A stretch of DNA of 63,997 bases, filler included, from Octopus bimaculoides (Eukaryota): the NCBI RefSeq assembly GCF_001194135.2. It is 4 parts of 4 records of this genome, joined end to end, with 100 filler letters (N's around TTAATTAATTAA, not from the genome) between each part and the next. Parts side by side here need not be neighbours in the genome. Positions count along the whole stretch, not along the records: positions 1 to 25,093 come from NC_068984.1; positions 25,194 to 39,565 come from NC_068987.1; 2 more parts are not named here. One strand, 5' to 3'. Positions within the stretch are counted from its first letter, which is position 1. Every line of letters begins with the position of its first letter. The notes below the pieces were generated by a model that searched no databases, was not told the DNA's origin, and saw nothing but the letters and a program-made list of their open reading frames with translations. Both the position numbers and the translations under genes were made by a program. Positions 13,390-26,254 of this stretch are shown here, piece after piece.

Positions 13390-14582
13390 ATCATATTTGG
13401 GAGTGCAATTTAAAATTACCTTTAGCGCGTCATACAAACCTTACGAATGACCCTGCACTGAGATAACTGTAATAATAATTGCTTGTAATTTATCATCTGT
13501 AAACTTTCTTTTCAAATCCTTTGAATTAATTCGTCAGTTTTCAAATTGATAAATTTCAGTTAATGTGATCTCATTTGTCCTTTCTTAACAAGGAGCATTT
13601 ATGCTAGCTCATTCAAGGATGTGGTGCATTAGAAAATTTTTACTCGTGAATTATTGATTTCATTTTGTTGCTATGAATGACAATCGTTTCGGATTAAACT
13701 TTTTTTAAAAGGAATAGCTCAAATTTATCAAAAACGATTTATTAATTGTAAATTAAACTCCTCACGGGTCAGAGTACAAAAATGCACTGTTTTACTGCTA
13801 CCAAATTTAAAGGACCTGGATGTTCATAAAATACTAAATATAATAGGAAATATCAAGAAATAAAATGCACGTGAAAGAAATTCATTCGTAGCTGCAAAAA
13901 TCTAATATCATCGTATTTTATGGCCGCAACTCAGTTTTATTTTGTGCAGCGGCTAATATTAAACTGAAGTTGTTAATTCATCGATTATGTTTTAATATGA
14001 AATATTTTCCTAATGCTACAAAATAGTATTTTTTTTTAAGGGAAATATTAGAATAATATAAAAAATACTGCCAATGCGATTATTTTTTATCAGTATTGAA
14101 TATTTTCTACAGGTGATGTGACAGAATGGAATATTGTATAATTTTAAAATGTTCAAACTCAAACGGAATAAAGGGTGATTAAAGTATTATGAAAATGAGA
14201 GAAATTCGTCTCCATAATATAGCTGATATAACTATCGACCTTGATACTTGCTGACCAAAACTGCTGAATATTGCAACATCATTGACGATCTTGATCTTTT
14301 ACAAATTCAATGCCACCACTCAGAATCAAATCAGTCATTGATCATATAGCATTTTCAAAACAATTTACGTAAAGCGACGAAATTAACTGAATGGTAATTT
14401 CAGCCACTAGACTCTGGGCATGAAGTTGTTTGAAGATTTTCCTAGCAATTTTCCCTTTATCATTCGAAATTTGCAATATACTTCATCACATTTTACTATG
14501 TTTCAATCTCACCAGATATGATTTCAAAATATTCCATATGCCATCACATACTATATATATATATATATATTTCATATAAATA

Positions 14583-14892
14583 CAGTGTACATTTAAACAC
14601 ATAAGGGGAATCCATCATAGAATTCTTTGAAAAATTAGAATGTATAAACACGGGGCACATACTGGATTGCCTCATACATATATATTTAATCTAGGTGTAC
14701 CTGCTGAAGAAGACTTCGCCTAGCAAATTATTTTATTGCTAAAATAAGTCTGAAACCATAGTCCAAGAGATAGAGGGTAAACTTTTTTATTTTCCCTTCG
14801 AGGTTTTATCCTAAATCGTTGTTTTGAATTTAGCTGTTCTTTCTAGCGTGCATCATATGATGGATACCTCTTATGTGTTTAAATGTACACTG
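14583..14892. mobile_element. 310-bp element with 37-bp terminal inverted repeats and TA flanks (MITE-like, or Penelope inverted pseudo-LTR)
   Basis: Left TA|CAGTGTACATTTAAACACATAAGGGGAATCCATCATA; right end is the reverse complement at 35/37 positions, ending ..GTACACTG|TA. Confidence 0.8.
14700..14767 (+). ncRNA. Type I minimal hammerhead ribozyme candidate
   Basis: Stem I CCTG/CAAG (3 of 4 pairs); core CTGAAGA 14704-14710; stem II AGACTT/AAGTCT enclosing hairpin TAGCAA/TTGCTA; GAAA 14752-14755; stem III AC-CATA-GT; GTC cleavage triplet 14761-14763. Confidence 0.75.
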
Positions 14893-15119
14893 TATCTATA
14901 TGAATAATATATAGTGTATTGACAAAATTTTTACACGCTAGGCCACTGGTAGTAGACATTTATAATATTTCTTATTTCCCTTGATATTATTAAATTTTGA
15001 TAATTTTTTCTGGATAATTATCGAATTGAAACGTCAGCATGTTTTACTTAATGTCGACAAGGAGCTGCACTTCCACGGTAGATTTAAAAAAAAAAAGGTT
15101 TGCTTATACATTCTAATTT

Positions 15120-15222
15120 TTCGAAGTTTTATCCCTAATAGTGGTTTGAAATTTAGCTGTTCTTTCTAGCGTGCAAGGAATCCTATGACAGATACCTCTT
15201 AAGTGTTTAAATGTACACTGTA
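15120..15222. repeat. Second copy of the right-hand about 100 bp of the 14583-14892 element
   Basis: TTCGA.GTTTTATCC...TTTAGCTGTTCTTTCTAGCGTGCA...GATACCTCTTA.GTGTTTAAATGTACACTGTA matches 14797-14894 and ends at the same terminus. Confidence 0.85.
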
Positions 15223-15230
15223 TATATCGA

Positions 15231-15393
15231 TAGGCACAATCGTATCTGTATGGTAAGAGGTTTGCTTCCCTGCCACATGGCTCAGAGTTCACTCCTACTT
15301 CGTGGCACCTTGGTCAGGTGTCTTCTACTATAACCTCGGGTCAACCAAAGCCATGTGAATGGATTTGGTAGACGGAAACAGAAAGAAGCCCGT

Positions 15394-15428
<35 letters not shown>

Positions 15429-15598
15429 GTGTGTGTGTGTTTGTGTGTCTTTGTGTCGCTTGAACCGAAGTTGGTATATTTATGGCTCCGTTTCTTAGTG
15501 GTTCGACATACAGAATGATAGATTAAGTACGAGGCTCAGAAACAGTAAATCCTGGGATCGATTTCTAAGACTAATAAAACTCTGTAAGGTGGTGCTCA
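15231..15598 (+). mobile_element. Octopus-type tRNA-derived SINE (family A), diverged
   Basis: Head TAGGC..TGGTAAG..TTGCTT..CCACATGG..GTGGCACCTTGG..GTGTCTTCTACTATA..GGATTTGGTAGACGGAAAC.GAAAGAAGCCCGTC with an internal (TA)/(TG) run; similar to copies at 36864, 39666, 42296 and 63554. Confidence 0.85.
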
Positions 15599-16204
15599 AT
15601 TAAAAAATAAAAGAGAATATGAGTGTGTATGTGTATGTATGGATGTATGTGTGTATGTATGTTTTTATGTATGTATGTATGAATGTATGTATGTATGTAT
15701 GTATGTATGTATGTATGTATGTATATATGTATGTATGCACATGTGTTCGTCGGTATTATATATTGTAATGATGTTCTTTTCTGTTTACAGAATAAACTTG
15801 GCACATATATCTAGCAGTTTGAGCATCTCTGCTAAGGCTTGGCAAGAAACTAATTTAGCATAAAATAAATATTTTGTGCATTAACATAACATTATAATTG
15901 CAGAGAAACTTTGTCCTCTACCACACCTAAACGTTATCCTTCAAATGTTAATTTTAAAAGCCTAGTAATTTACATTGTAGAGAAGTCAACGATTACTATT
16001 ACTCGTCTTTTCTGTTAGCTGTTCCTGGTATCCTATCTGATTTTCAGAGAGAGGAGATAGATTGACAACCTGAGAGAGCGAACGTTTGTTTGCGTTTGAG
16101 ACAGCATGTGTGATTGTGTTCGTGTGTATGTTGTCTGTTTTATTCAGTATCGTAAGTCGTTTCACATAGATAATTATCTTGTTTTCATATTTGGCATAAG
16201 TCGA

Positions 16205-16385
16205 GCAGTTTTCGGGTGGACCTAAGTCGATTGCATGGACTCCAGTTCTCAACTGGTACTTGTTTTATCGACCCAGAAATGATTGAAGATAAAGTAGTCC
16301 TCTGTGGAATTTGAACACAGAACGTTAAGACGGACGGAACTCCGACAAGCATTTTGCTCGACGGGATAACAATAGTGATAGCTCA
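16205..16385 (-). mobile_element. Octopus-type SINE (family B), diverged
   Basis: Reverse complement resembles 36372-36512 (..TCAAATTCC..GAGG..ACTTT..CTT..TCA...GGGTCGATAAAACAAGTACCAGTT). Confidence 0.65.
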
Positions 16386-19300
16386 CCATTTTGTTTCAGA
16401 ACGGCTGTATACTATAACCTGTGTAACGATTCACTCGTCATCAAACGTCCATGTTTGTGTCGGATTCTGCTCACTACTGTACCCCGCTAGTAAGTTGCAT
16501 TTTGGCATCGATCAGCCATTGATGAAACTGGTGCTAATCTAGTACGTTATTTTATAGATTCTAGAAAGAGTATGTCATACGTATTTCGGTAGTATATACA
16601 TTGGTGAAGTAAAGAACTAGAGCAAATAGCAGAATTCCTTTTTTGTGACTCTCTAATGTACTTACCCAAATCACAGACGCCCTAAAATATTACAGTTACT
16701 ATCGAAGAAATTAAAGCAGTATTAATTTTGATAGTTTCATTTTAATCTTTCCTTGAAAAAATAAACTACACAGTGCATATTTGAGACTAATCATCAGGAA
16801 TGAATCAGATTAAATTCTTAATTGAAATACTTGCCCACACACAATAACTTAGTTAGATACATAACTTCAAAGAACAATACTTCATTCAACATGCTGTATA
16901 AGGGACTACTTCAAGAATTTCTTGCGTAGATGAGAAATTAGAAAACATGACATTTTAGTTCGTGAACATTTCAAGTGCTGTTTTTTTCATCGATCTTAAT
17001 CATGAACCGTCACTTGTTTCACGAAACGAATTCGTAATAATAGAAATGATGGTGAAATTGTCAAAGATACTGTACAACTATGTTGTTTTATCGCCTACTG
17101 AGGATGATACATTGTGATACATTGTATCATATTTGGACATTTAAAATACTGTTACCAAATTGAAGCGAAAACAAGAGAATCTCTCAACACTGCGTAATAC
17201 TAATTTATTCATAAAGTACGAAAATATTATGTGCAATGTTGAATTTGGTGGGATTTTACGACATGCAGTTGGAGAGTACTCTACAAATGTATTCTATCTG
17301 ACGTTTTAGCGTTTTTGCCAAGTTACCGTCATGCTATCAGCATGCAATAACAGTACTGTTAACGGAGTATTATGTAATGTACATTGAAATATATATCAAG
17401 AATATTCTGAAACTGATATTACTCGGAAATGCTTATTCCGGGGTGTGTTTTTTTTTTTTTTTACCCATGATTGCTTCTCAGAATTTTAAACTATTTTCCC
17501 TTGAACAACCTTAGTTACATGTCCATAGATATTTAACTTCAATTGTAACTCATTTTTTTAAATAAATGAATCCTTACTAATACTTAGAATGTACAATCTC
17601 CTCAAAAATTTTCGGACATCTATTCATAATTATCTCATTGTCATTCAGAGATGTTATACCTGAAAATACCGTGACTTTAAATTTCTTTCTATGAACTGAC
17701 AAAATATCGACCTACTTCATCTACATTATTTGAATGTGGAATTTAAATCAACTTACTTCAAAATGTTAGACAGTATTATTCTAGTATACACCTACCTCAT
17801 GATCTTTACTAATATGATTACTCGAAACTTTTGTAAGATTCAGAACATCATTTTAAGATGTAGATTTGGATCTCCCACAATCTCTTCGAAGTCGAACACA
17901 CGGTTATTCGCGGATGTTTAGAGGTTGTGCTAAACTGAAACTATATTTCAGTCATTGTTTGATAATTATGATTTGATGCAGAACATGTGGATACCACATA
18001 TATTCCGTCTTATCTCCCCTAGTATAACACATCGTGGCAGTATGTATATCAGAAATGAATCGGATTTCATTTACCAGTATATTTAATTTCCCATATACAG
18101 CGAACTGAATAAAATAGTTGTTTCTTGCCTCAGCAGAAATTGAAAAAAATTCTATGATCAATATTTTATTCTTTATGGGCAAATCGTTTAAAAATCATAT
18201 TTATCACATTTACCCGTGACATATACCATAATTAATATCAGTACTCTAAGTTTTAATTATTGTATTACTGGTTTGTATTACAAAGCTGAGTTCATCATCG
18301 CAGAAACAATAGAGTAAAATAATAGTCAGGCGCCGATAGGTTATTCATTTAAAATGACGTAATTTAATTTAGTGGTATTTTTATAGTACTGAGAATATAT
18401 ACGATATGCAGATTTTTTTTTATTTATGATTTAAGAATTTTTAATATATAGATTAACGATTGCCGTTAATGAAAGGTTTCTTCTATCATCACCACTTTTA
18501 ATAATTAATCAAATTCATTATTCCATTGATGAAAAAAAAATCATTGTGATAAATTGTTAGCTTAGCTGAATTTTTATATCATAATCTTTACTTCATTCAC
18601 ACGCTTTTCTACTACCGGTTGTTATTGCAAATTTATTAGCATTAAAAATAAAACTTAGGAAATTAGAAATTTACATCATAAAATTTCTTCAGAATCTCTC
18701 ATTGTTAAATCTAACTTTTTGATAATTAGAAGTTTTATGAGGAATACGAAAAAATAAGAAATTTTAAAAAAACTTCCTAATTGAAGAATTCATCGTTGTA
18801 TACATTTATTTATTTTCCTAAATGTTTTGCACAATTCCAAATTTATCTTAATTTATCCTTTGTTATTCATTCTAATCTCACTATAATGATATTTGCAAAA
18901 ATTTAGGAATAGTTGCATAAGCATGCACGCAGTGTGTGTCAAATTTCACCGTTTCTTCTACTGCGCCGCAAATACCTACCTATATTTGAATTGTATCTTA
19001 TTATGGTAATTTATTACATATGCGTAAACAGATACTTCCCACAACGTGTTTGAAGACGCTAAAATTTAAATGTTTATTGAGTGTGCTCGTGATAGTTGCA
19101 GAGATTATTAATTCAAACACCCTAAATTCCCACTTTCGGAATAGTTTGAGTACCTGAAAAGATACGATTACACTTCCATAGATATACAATTGGTGGAAAT
19201 ACTAATTACATTTACCTCATGTGTAGTTTCATAAATAATTTCACACCGATTTATTCTACTATCAAGAGACTCATAACAATGTTTTAATTGTCAATTCTAA

Positions 19301-20030
19301 TGTATTTCCATTGTCAAATAATTACCACGGTTTAAGAAAATCAACAAATAGAGTGATTAAAAGCAACAAAATATCAATGAACAAATTTTTGATACTTAGT
19401 ACTTAATATTTCAAATTGAAATGATTACCTAAAATTGTGCGTGATAGAAAACATGAAATGGATTTGGTTAGGCCAGACTACCAAAAAGAAAGGTAGTAGC
19501 AATAAGGATTCAATATATTATCAGATATATCCCTGTTCAGCATTAGGTAGTCGTATAAAAACAAGTAACAATTTCTTTGGCGATCAGGTTATACACGTAC
19601 ACGCACAAATAAATNNNNNNNNNNNNNNNNNNNNNNNNNNNNNNNNNNNNNNNNNNNNNNNNNNNNNNNNNNNNNNNNNNNNNNNNNNNNNNNNNNNNNN
19701 NNNNNNNNNNNNNNNNNNNNNNNNNNNNNNNNNNNNNNNNNNNNNNNNNNNNNNNNNNNNNNNNNNNNNNNNNNNNNNNNNNNNNNNNNNNNNNNNNNNN
19801 NNNNNNNNNNNNNNNNNNNNNNNNNNNNNNNNNNNNNNNNNNNNNNNNNNNNNNNNNNNNNNNNNNNNNNNNNNNNNNNNNNNNNNNNNNNNNNNNNNNN
19901 NNNNNNNNNNNNNNNNNNNNNNNNNNNNNNNNNNNNNNNNNNNNNNNNNNNNNNNNNNNNNNNNNNNNNNNNNNNNNNNNNNNNNNNNNNNNNNNNNNNN
20001 NNNNNNNNNNNNNNNNNNNNNNNNNNNNNN

Positions 20031-20219
20031 GTATTGGAGCTTCTGGCGTGAATTTCAAGCAATACAGCATGTCGCTTCCAAATCTCTGGTAGAGTGAATT
20101 GTGTCATTGTGTTGTCTTTCCCAACTGGCCCTACTTTACTCTTTAGTCAACCAAATCAAAAACAAACAATGCAAGAAAATAAAGATATAAAATGGAAAAT
20201 GTTTACCCATTTCACCCTG
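20031..20219 (-). mobile_element. maT (DD37D) family transposon, 5' end; remainder lost in the N gap
   Basis: TA|CAGGGTG terminus at 20219. MTQFTLPEIWKRHAVLLEIHARSSN matches MMQFTQPKIW**HAVLLGIHARSSN of the 43005-43846 element, and the 5' UTRs also align. Confidence 0.78.
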
Positions 20220-20225
20220 TATATA

Positions 20226-21464
20226 TTGGGTCATCCCATAAATAATGCAGTTTTTTTCAATTGCATGAAATAAAAGTCGGTGTGAGATGGGATAAAATAA
20301 ATGCATCAACTTGCTATAAGAGCAGGTAATAGTTTTACCATTTCCTTATTTTTAGTGTAAGTTTTGAAGAGGGTAGTTCGATTATAAGTTATTTTTTCAA
20401 AGCTATAATGGAAGTGACAAAGGCGCGTATTCGGCATATTTTGCTTTATGAATTCAATAATGGCACAAATGCAACAAAAAGTGTGAAAAATATGGATTTA
20501 GTATATGAGGATAGGACAATAAGCGTAAGCCAGTGTCGGCGTTGGCTCCAGAAATTGCGAACCGGAAGCTGTAGCCTAGAAGACAAACCTCTTCCTAGAT
20601 CTGTAGAGCTCGATGAAGACGTCCTGCAAAACTATTTGAAGACAATCTCAGCATAACTGTTAAGCAACTTGCAAAGAAGCTTGGATTTAGTCATTCCACC
20701 ATTCATCGACACTTGCGTGCCATCGGAACAATCATCAAATTGGGTCAATGTGTTCCTTTCAAACCTTCCGAGTCAAGTCGCGTGCAGAGTGTGAATGTGT
20801 GCTCTTCTTTGCTGTCACATCTCACGAATGAACCATTTTTGGACCGAATAGTGATTGGTGACGTAAAAGGGGTTCTGTATACAAATGTCAAGCCGTAGAA
20901 AGTGGGTGGGAAAAGGAGAAACCCAGGCACCTCAGGCTAAAGAAGCTCTTCACCCACGTAAGGTGTTGTTATCTGTTTGGTGGGATATGAATTATTTAAT
21001 CGACTTTGAACTTTTATACCCTAACCAAACTATATGAAAGGAGTAGCTTGAGCGGCTTAAGTCAGCGCTAGAAGTAAAACTACCATCTTTCTTTTCAAGT
21101 CGAAAGGTATTCTTCCATGAAGATAATGTTCGGACACATAGAGTGAGGATGTCATTCCAAATGCTGGCCAGTTTCAATGGGAAACAATGCCCCACCCACC
21201 ATATTCGCCGGATATGTCCCCATATGATTATCATATATTCCAGTCTACAAAATCATTTCCACGGAAAGAATTGGAATTCTGTAGACGAGGTCAGAAGAAA
21301 TCTGGAGGAAGAGTACACCGACAAGGGAATTTTGGAAAAGTGGCCATGCAAGTCTAGTAGATACATGGAAGAGCATTATAGAATGTGAAAAGGAGTATAT
21401 TTTAGATAAATTAGAACATTGTTTATCTTAATGTTAAAGAAAGTATTTAAAAAAACGCCATTAT
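20226..21464 (+). mobile_element. Mariner DD34D element, near full length, pseudogenised
   Basis: TA|TTGGGTCATCCCATAAATAATGC left TIR. MEVTKARIRHILLYEFNNG..ATKSVKN..WLQKLRTG..SLEDKP; FLDRIVIGD; FFHEDNVRTH..WETMPHPPYSPDMSPYDYHIF. Right TIR only partly recognisable. Confidence 0.92.
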
Positions 21465-22194
21465 CCTGCATTTCGTGGGTTGATAGATGCGAAAACAGTC
21501 CGATCCAGAAATGGCATGTCCTTGGCCACAGATGACAAGGGAAGTTGCACTTTATGCTCTTTTTTAGTCTGAGATGACTTTGATGTCTCTTTGCTTCAAT
21601 ATATGTATGTATATATTCATACATGTGTGTGTGTGTNNNNNNNNNNNNNNNNNNNNNNNNNNNNNNNNNNNNNNNNNNNNNNNNNNNNNNNNNNNNNNNN
21701 NNNNNNNNNNNNNNNNNNNNNNNNNNNNNNNNNNNNNNNNNNNNNNNNNNNNNNNNNNNNNNNNNNNNNNNNNNNNNNNNNNNNNNNNNNNNNNNNNNNN
21801 NNNNNNNNNNNNNNNNNNNNNNNNNNNNNNNNNNNNNNNNNNNNNNNNNNNNNNNNNNNNNNNNNNNNNNNNNNNNNNNNNNNNNNNNNNNNNNNNNNNN
21901 NNNNNNNNNNNNNNNNNNNNNNNNNNNNNNNNNNNNNNNNNNNNNNNNNNNNNNNNNNNNNNNNNNNNNNNNNNNNNNNNNNNNNNNNNNNNNNNNNNNN
22001 NNNNNNNNNNTATATACATATATATTTGTTTATATACATACATATATACATACATGTATATATGTAGTAGATAGATAGATATATAGATAGATATGTATGC
22101 ATGTATAATCGGTTGCAATGATTATGTTGCAAAAAAACATATTGGAAAAAACCATACGATGGTTATTTCACAGTCTTAAAATTAACAGTGGACC

Positions 22195-22703
22195 TTGAAG
22201 CAATGCAGTGAAGGTACTGAATGAAGAGCAACTCCTTGTAAAAGCTCCCTTTCCAGCTAAAACTCTCTTCCCTGGAGCTAAGGCGGGCGAGATGTGCAGT
22301 AATATACATCTGGAAGCTCCTGGAAGGGATTATACCAAATCTTAGCATTGAATGCTGCACAAAAGCCAGAACGGCTCGCCACTGCACAGTGCCAAAAGAC
22401 TCCTACACAGCCGTCGCGTTTCATGAACCGTTACTGCAACAGCTTGGGTTTCAAGGGCCTACAGCTTTATAATATTCTCCAAAAGAGCCTGAGGGACCTA
22501 CAATAAGTGGATCTCTTCCTGTCGAGAGTCCCAGATGAACCTACCTTGCAGCGGAGGGCGCAAATTAGGGCAGCGACATCAAATTCCCTTATTCACCAAA
22601 TGCCACGTATCAGTGAAGGCTCTTAATAATAACAGTGAGGTAGAACGGAGGTACCCCAGGACGGCTGCAGCTTTGATCTGAAACCGATAAAAGAAGAAAA
22701 GAA
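22195..22703 (+). mobile_element. CR1/L2-clade LINE 3' fragment
   Basis: LKLSSLELRRARCAVIYIWKLLEGIIPNL; YCNSLGFKGLQLYNILQKSLRDL; VDLFLSRVPDEPT..RAATSNSLIHQMP; ends in an (AAG)-type tail. Confidence 0.7.
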
Positions 22704-25093
22704 TCTTCATGGTTCTCCTCGTAGAATGCAGGTAAGTTATCACACATCAGCAAAAATGCAGACACTTTATCATTTTTACTACAATTCAAATAATACAAAT
22801 GACTATACTTGCCCAGTGTTTAGATCAAATTCCTTTAATTATATGCAGTTTATGCACATTTATTAGAAATTTACGGATAAAATTGTGAAACAGCATGTAG
22901 AATTTGATCTATTATGAATTTATTTCGAAATAGCCGATTGTAAAATGTTATATCAAACGCTATATATCTACTGAAACAGTAAGGTAGCATAACGAGAACA
23001 ACATTAATTGCTAATGAAGAGAACTCAACTTGAATTTCAGTCAGTCAGTTCCAGAAATGAACTCCTTTAGTTTTATATGTGTTCATCTACACTTAAAAAA
23101 GTATTTTGAATTGTTTTTGATATTCTTCCAAAAAATTGTCATTTGTAAGCAGCTTTCTAAAAGATGTCACAAAACCACTGAGTATATTACATCTATTTAT
23201 GTCTAAAATGTCCAATTATAAAAGGACGAGTGGGTAGTATTTACTGAGAGGGGATTAGATACACATCTTATTAAGTGTCTCGACAGACAATGGATAAACT
23301 CAGTTCTAGTTGCATTATATGAAATATAGCTGCAGCTTAAGTCTAATCGTGCGCGAGAATAATATAATCTGTTATAAGATATCGGATAAGGAACTTGTGC
23401 ATTCTTATTTCTTGCCGTATGGAATTAACCGGCAAAATTTATTAATAGCCATATATATCGAAATTAATTATATTTTATTCCAAAAGTTTATAACTAGGAG
23501 GTCCTGCTTCAATAACAATCAATCTAACCATAGGGAGTATTAAAAAGCGAAATATGTTGAATCGTACGTGTACAACTAGAGCTTCCATAGATATTTGACT
23601 ATCATAGCAGTTTTACTATACTAGTAATCTCATAGGAATTTTACTATCTATATTGCTGTTTAGCAATATACATTGACATACCAAACTGCTTTTCTATTTT
23701 GTTGCATGGGGCCCTTAAATATGCATCGATCTGATCAACATTTTCTACACAAAATATCCGAAAATTAGTTCCTCTCAGCATACACATGCCTAGATTTAAA
23801 ACAAAATTATCGAAAACTTTGTCTAAAAGATAAATGTTTTTATAAACACTAACTAATATATTCCGCATGCTCTGTTCAATATCTATTACATATTTCTAAG
23901 CTCAATATCTAGAAATGTAAAAACAATACATGAGTAAATACAGAAACATATGGTACAGTTTTGGTATATATGCTGCCATATTATGAGTCATATACATCCA
24001 CATTAGCTGCACCGTTACTTTGTAACATTTTTAATATAAAGAATCAAAGGCATAGAAAAGTGTTTCTAAAGCATTCAAGCATTCAATCCATGAATTTTCC
24101 AGTTTAATTTTATTTAGAACGTATCTCACACCAAAATTACTTTCTTAACGTCTTACGCATAATAATATCTCCAGAAATGTTTAACAAATCTATAAATGAA
24201 TTGCAATAAGTATTTAAATACAAACTCACATATATGTGTCATTCACAGACATTAGGAATGTTTGACCTTTACAAAAGGATTAATCAATATATGTGTCATA
24301 TATATAATTGCTTTTTGATGGCGTATAACTTAATCTTTGTGGCTAATCTCTATATTTTAGTTAAACAAGCTTTTCTCAATATCTGAACGATCGAATACAA
24401 TTATACTGTCTTGGCAATTACAATATAATTTTTTGGCTTAAATCATTGAATATCTTTTGATTTCTTTTCAGGACGGCCAAAATGTTATGTTTTCTTTTTG
24501 GGTGGTATGATAAATATTTATTTTCCTATTTCTTTCTTTATTTTTATTGATCTTTATAAAAAGTTTGATTCCTCCAAATTTGTCATCTCTTCAAGATAAC
24601 ATTTTTTGGCTCACAGCCATCATTTGGTTGAGCTAAAGTAGATAACATAGCGTGTATCCATTTCTTATGTGTGAGAATTATCGAGAAATATATTCATAAA
24701 GAAATAAATAGAATATAAGGAACAAATTCGAGAAAATAAACACACTAGCATATATGATTAACATGAAAACATTTCTGTGAAAGTAGGAGTGGCAACGAGA
24801 CGTAATGAAAGATTTAATAGTAGAATGTCCATGGAAATATCTCCTATAATAGAGGTGTTATAATTTTAGGCAGGACTTAAGCAAGAAAACACATACCCAC
24901 ACACACAAGATCAGGACAAAAGCATCTGAATATATGTAACATTTGCGTTTGTGTACAATATGACAAAGCCATTGAAATTCCTATGTATTATTAAACGTTG
25001 GTGTAAAGTTTTGATGGACTGGTGTAGTTACCTATTTACATACAGTCACACACACATGCACGCAAGTATATATATATATATATATATATATAT

Positions 25094-25193
25094 NNNNNNN
25101 NNNNNNNNNNNNNNNNNNNNNNNNNNNNNNNNNNNNNTTAATTAATTAANNNNNNNNNNNNNNNNNNNNNNNNNNNNNNNNNNNNNNNNNNNN
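25094..25193. other. Assembly spacer N44-TTAATTAATTAA-N44
   Basis: Exactly 100 nt; identical blocks at 39566-39665 and 60763-60862; palindromic six-frame-stop core. Confidence 0.95.
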
Positions 25194-26198
25194 TGCCGGA
25201 AAATAAAGGGAGAAGGTACTGCCGTGAAATTGTGTTTTTTGCTGAGGGAAACGGCAACCGAAACAGTAGAGCGACCGTCAACATCCCTAACGAATACAAA
25301 GATCTCGAAATTGATGAACATATTTTGGAAGACCGTCGCCGAATAATTGACGAACTTGTTGCTATGACTGGTGTGTCCTGGAGCTCCGCCCAATAAATTT
25401 TAAGCAAGAATTTTTGAATGAAAAGAGTTGCAGCAAAATGTTGCCTCGCTCACAAATCAAAAGCAGTTACGACTGAATGCGTATTGTGAACTGAAAGAAC
25501 AGTTGGAAGTTGATCCAACCCATATTTGTTTTAAGGTCATCTCAATTGATGGAAGCGGGTGCCACGGCTAGGACTCGGAAATGAAGCAGCAATCAAATAT
25601 ATGGAAGCATTCCATGTCACCACGCCCACAAAAAGGGCATCAAGTGAAGTCCAATGTCAAGACGATGCTGAATTGTTTCATCCATACGAAAGGAATTGTT
25701 CACACAGTATTTGCTCCTCCTGGTCTAACTGTTAACCAAATATTTTACTCAGCAGCTCTGAAGCGTTTGCGAGACATGGTGAGACCAAAATGCCCTGACC
25801 AGTGGTAACTTGGAGAGTGGCTATTTCATCAGGACAATGCTCCTTCGCACACCGCCTTCAATGTGAGACATTTTTTTACCCAAAATGGCATTACCCTGTC
25901 AAATCACTTCCCTATTCACTCTATTTTGCTCCTTCCATTTTCTTTGTCCCACCGGATCAAAAAAGTCCATAATGGAAAACATTTAGCAGATGTGAAAGAG
26001 GTGAAGAAAAGTCTGACGGAGGCGTTAAAATGGCTCACTTCGCAAGAGTTATATGACTTCTTCGAACAGTGGAAAACGGTTCTGGACCGATGCATTGCTT
26101 CAAATGGAGAATATTTGAAGGCGATAAACGTGTAAACATATAAAACTAAATGAATAACATAATATTGCAAAATTCCGGTTTCCTTTGGGTACCGCTCC
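25194..26198 (+). mobile_element. Mariner DD34D element related to 2160-2828, internally deleted, with right terminus
   Basis: MKQQSNIWKH..PRPQKGHQVKSNVKTMLNCF..KGIVHTVFAPPGLTVNQIFY; HQDNAPSHTA; LYDFFEQWKTVLDRCIASNGEYLK. Ends CAAAATTCCGGTTTCCTTTGGGTACCGCTCC|TA. Confidence 0.92.
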
Positions 26199-26223
26199 TA
26201 TATATATATATATTTATATATAT

Positions 26224-26254
<31 letters not shown>

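Noticed and set aside
15010-15037. CTGGAT-AATT-ATCG-AATT-GAAACGTCAG as a second hammerhead near the 14583 element
   Set aside because: The core is one base short and mismatched, and its spacing to the repeat end (185 versus 129 nt) does not fit a simple tandem monomer.
17098-17129. CTGAGGA plus a perfect 7-bp stem TGATACA/TGTATCA (hammerhead-like)
   Set aside because: No GAAA, stem III or NUH follows; the stem is partly explained by a 10-bp tandem duplication.
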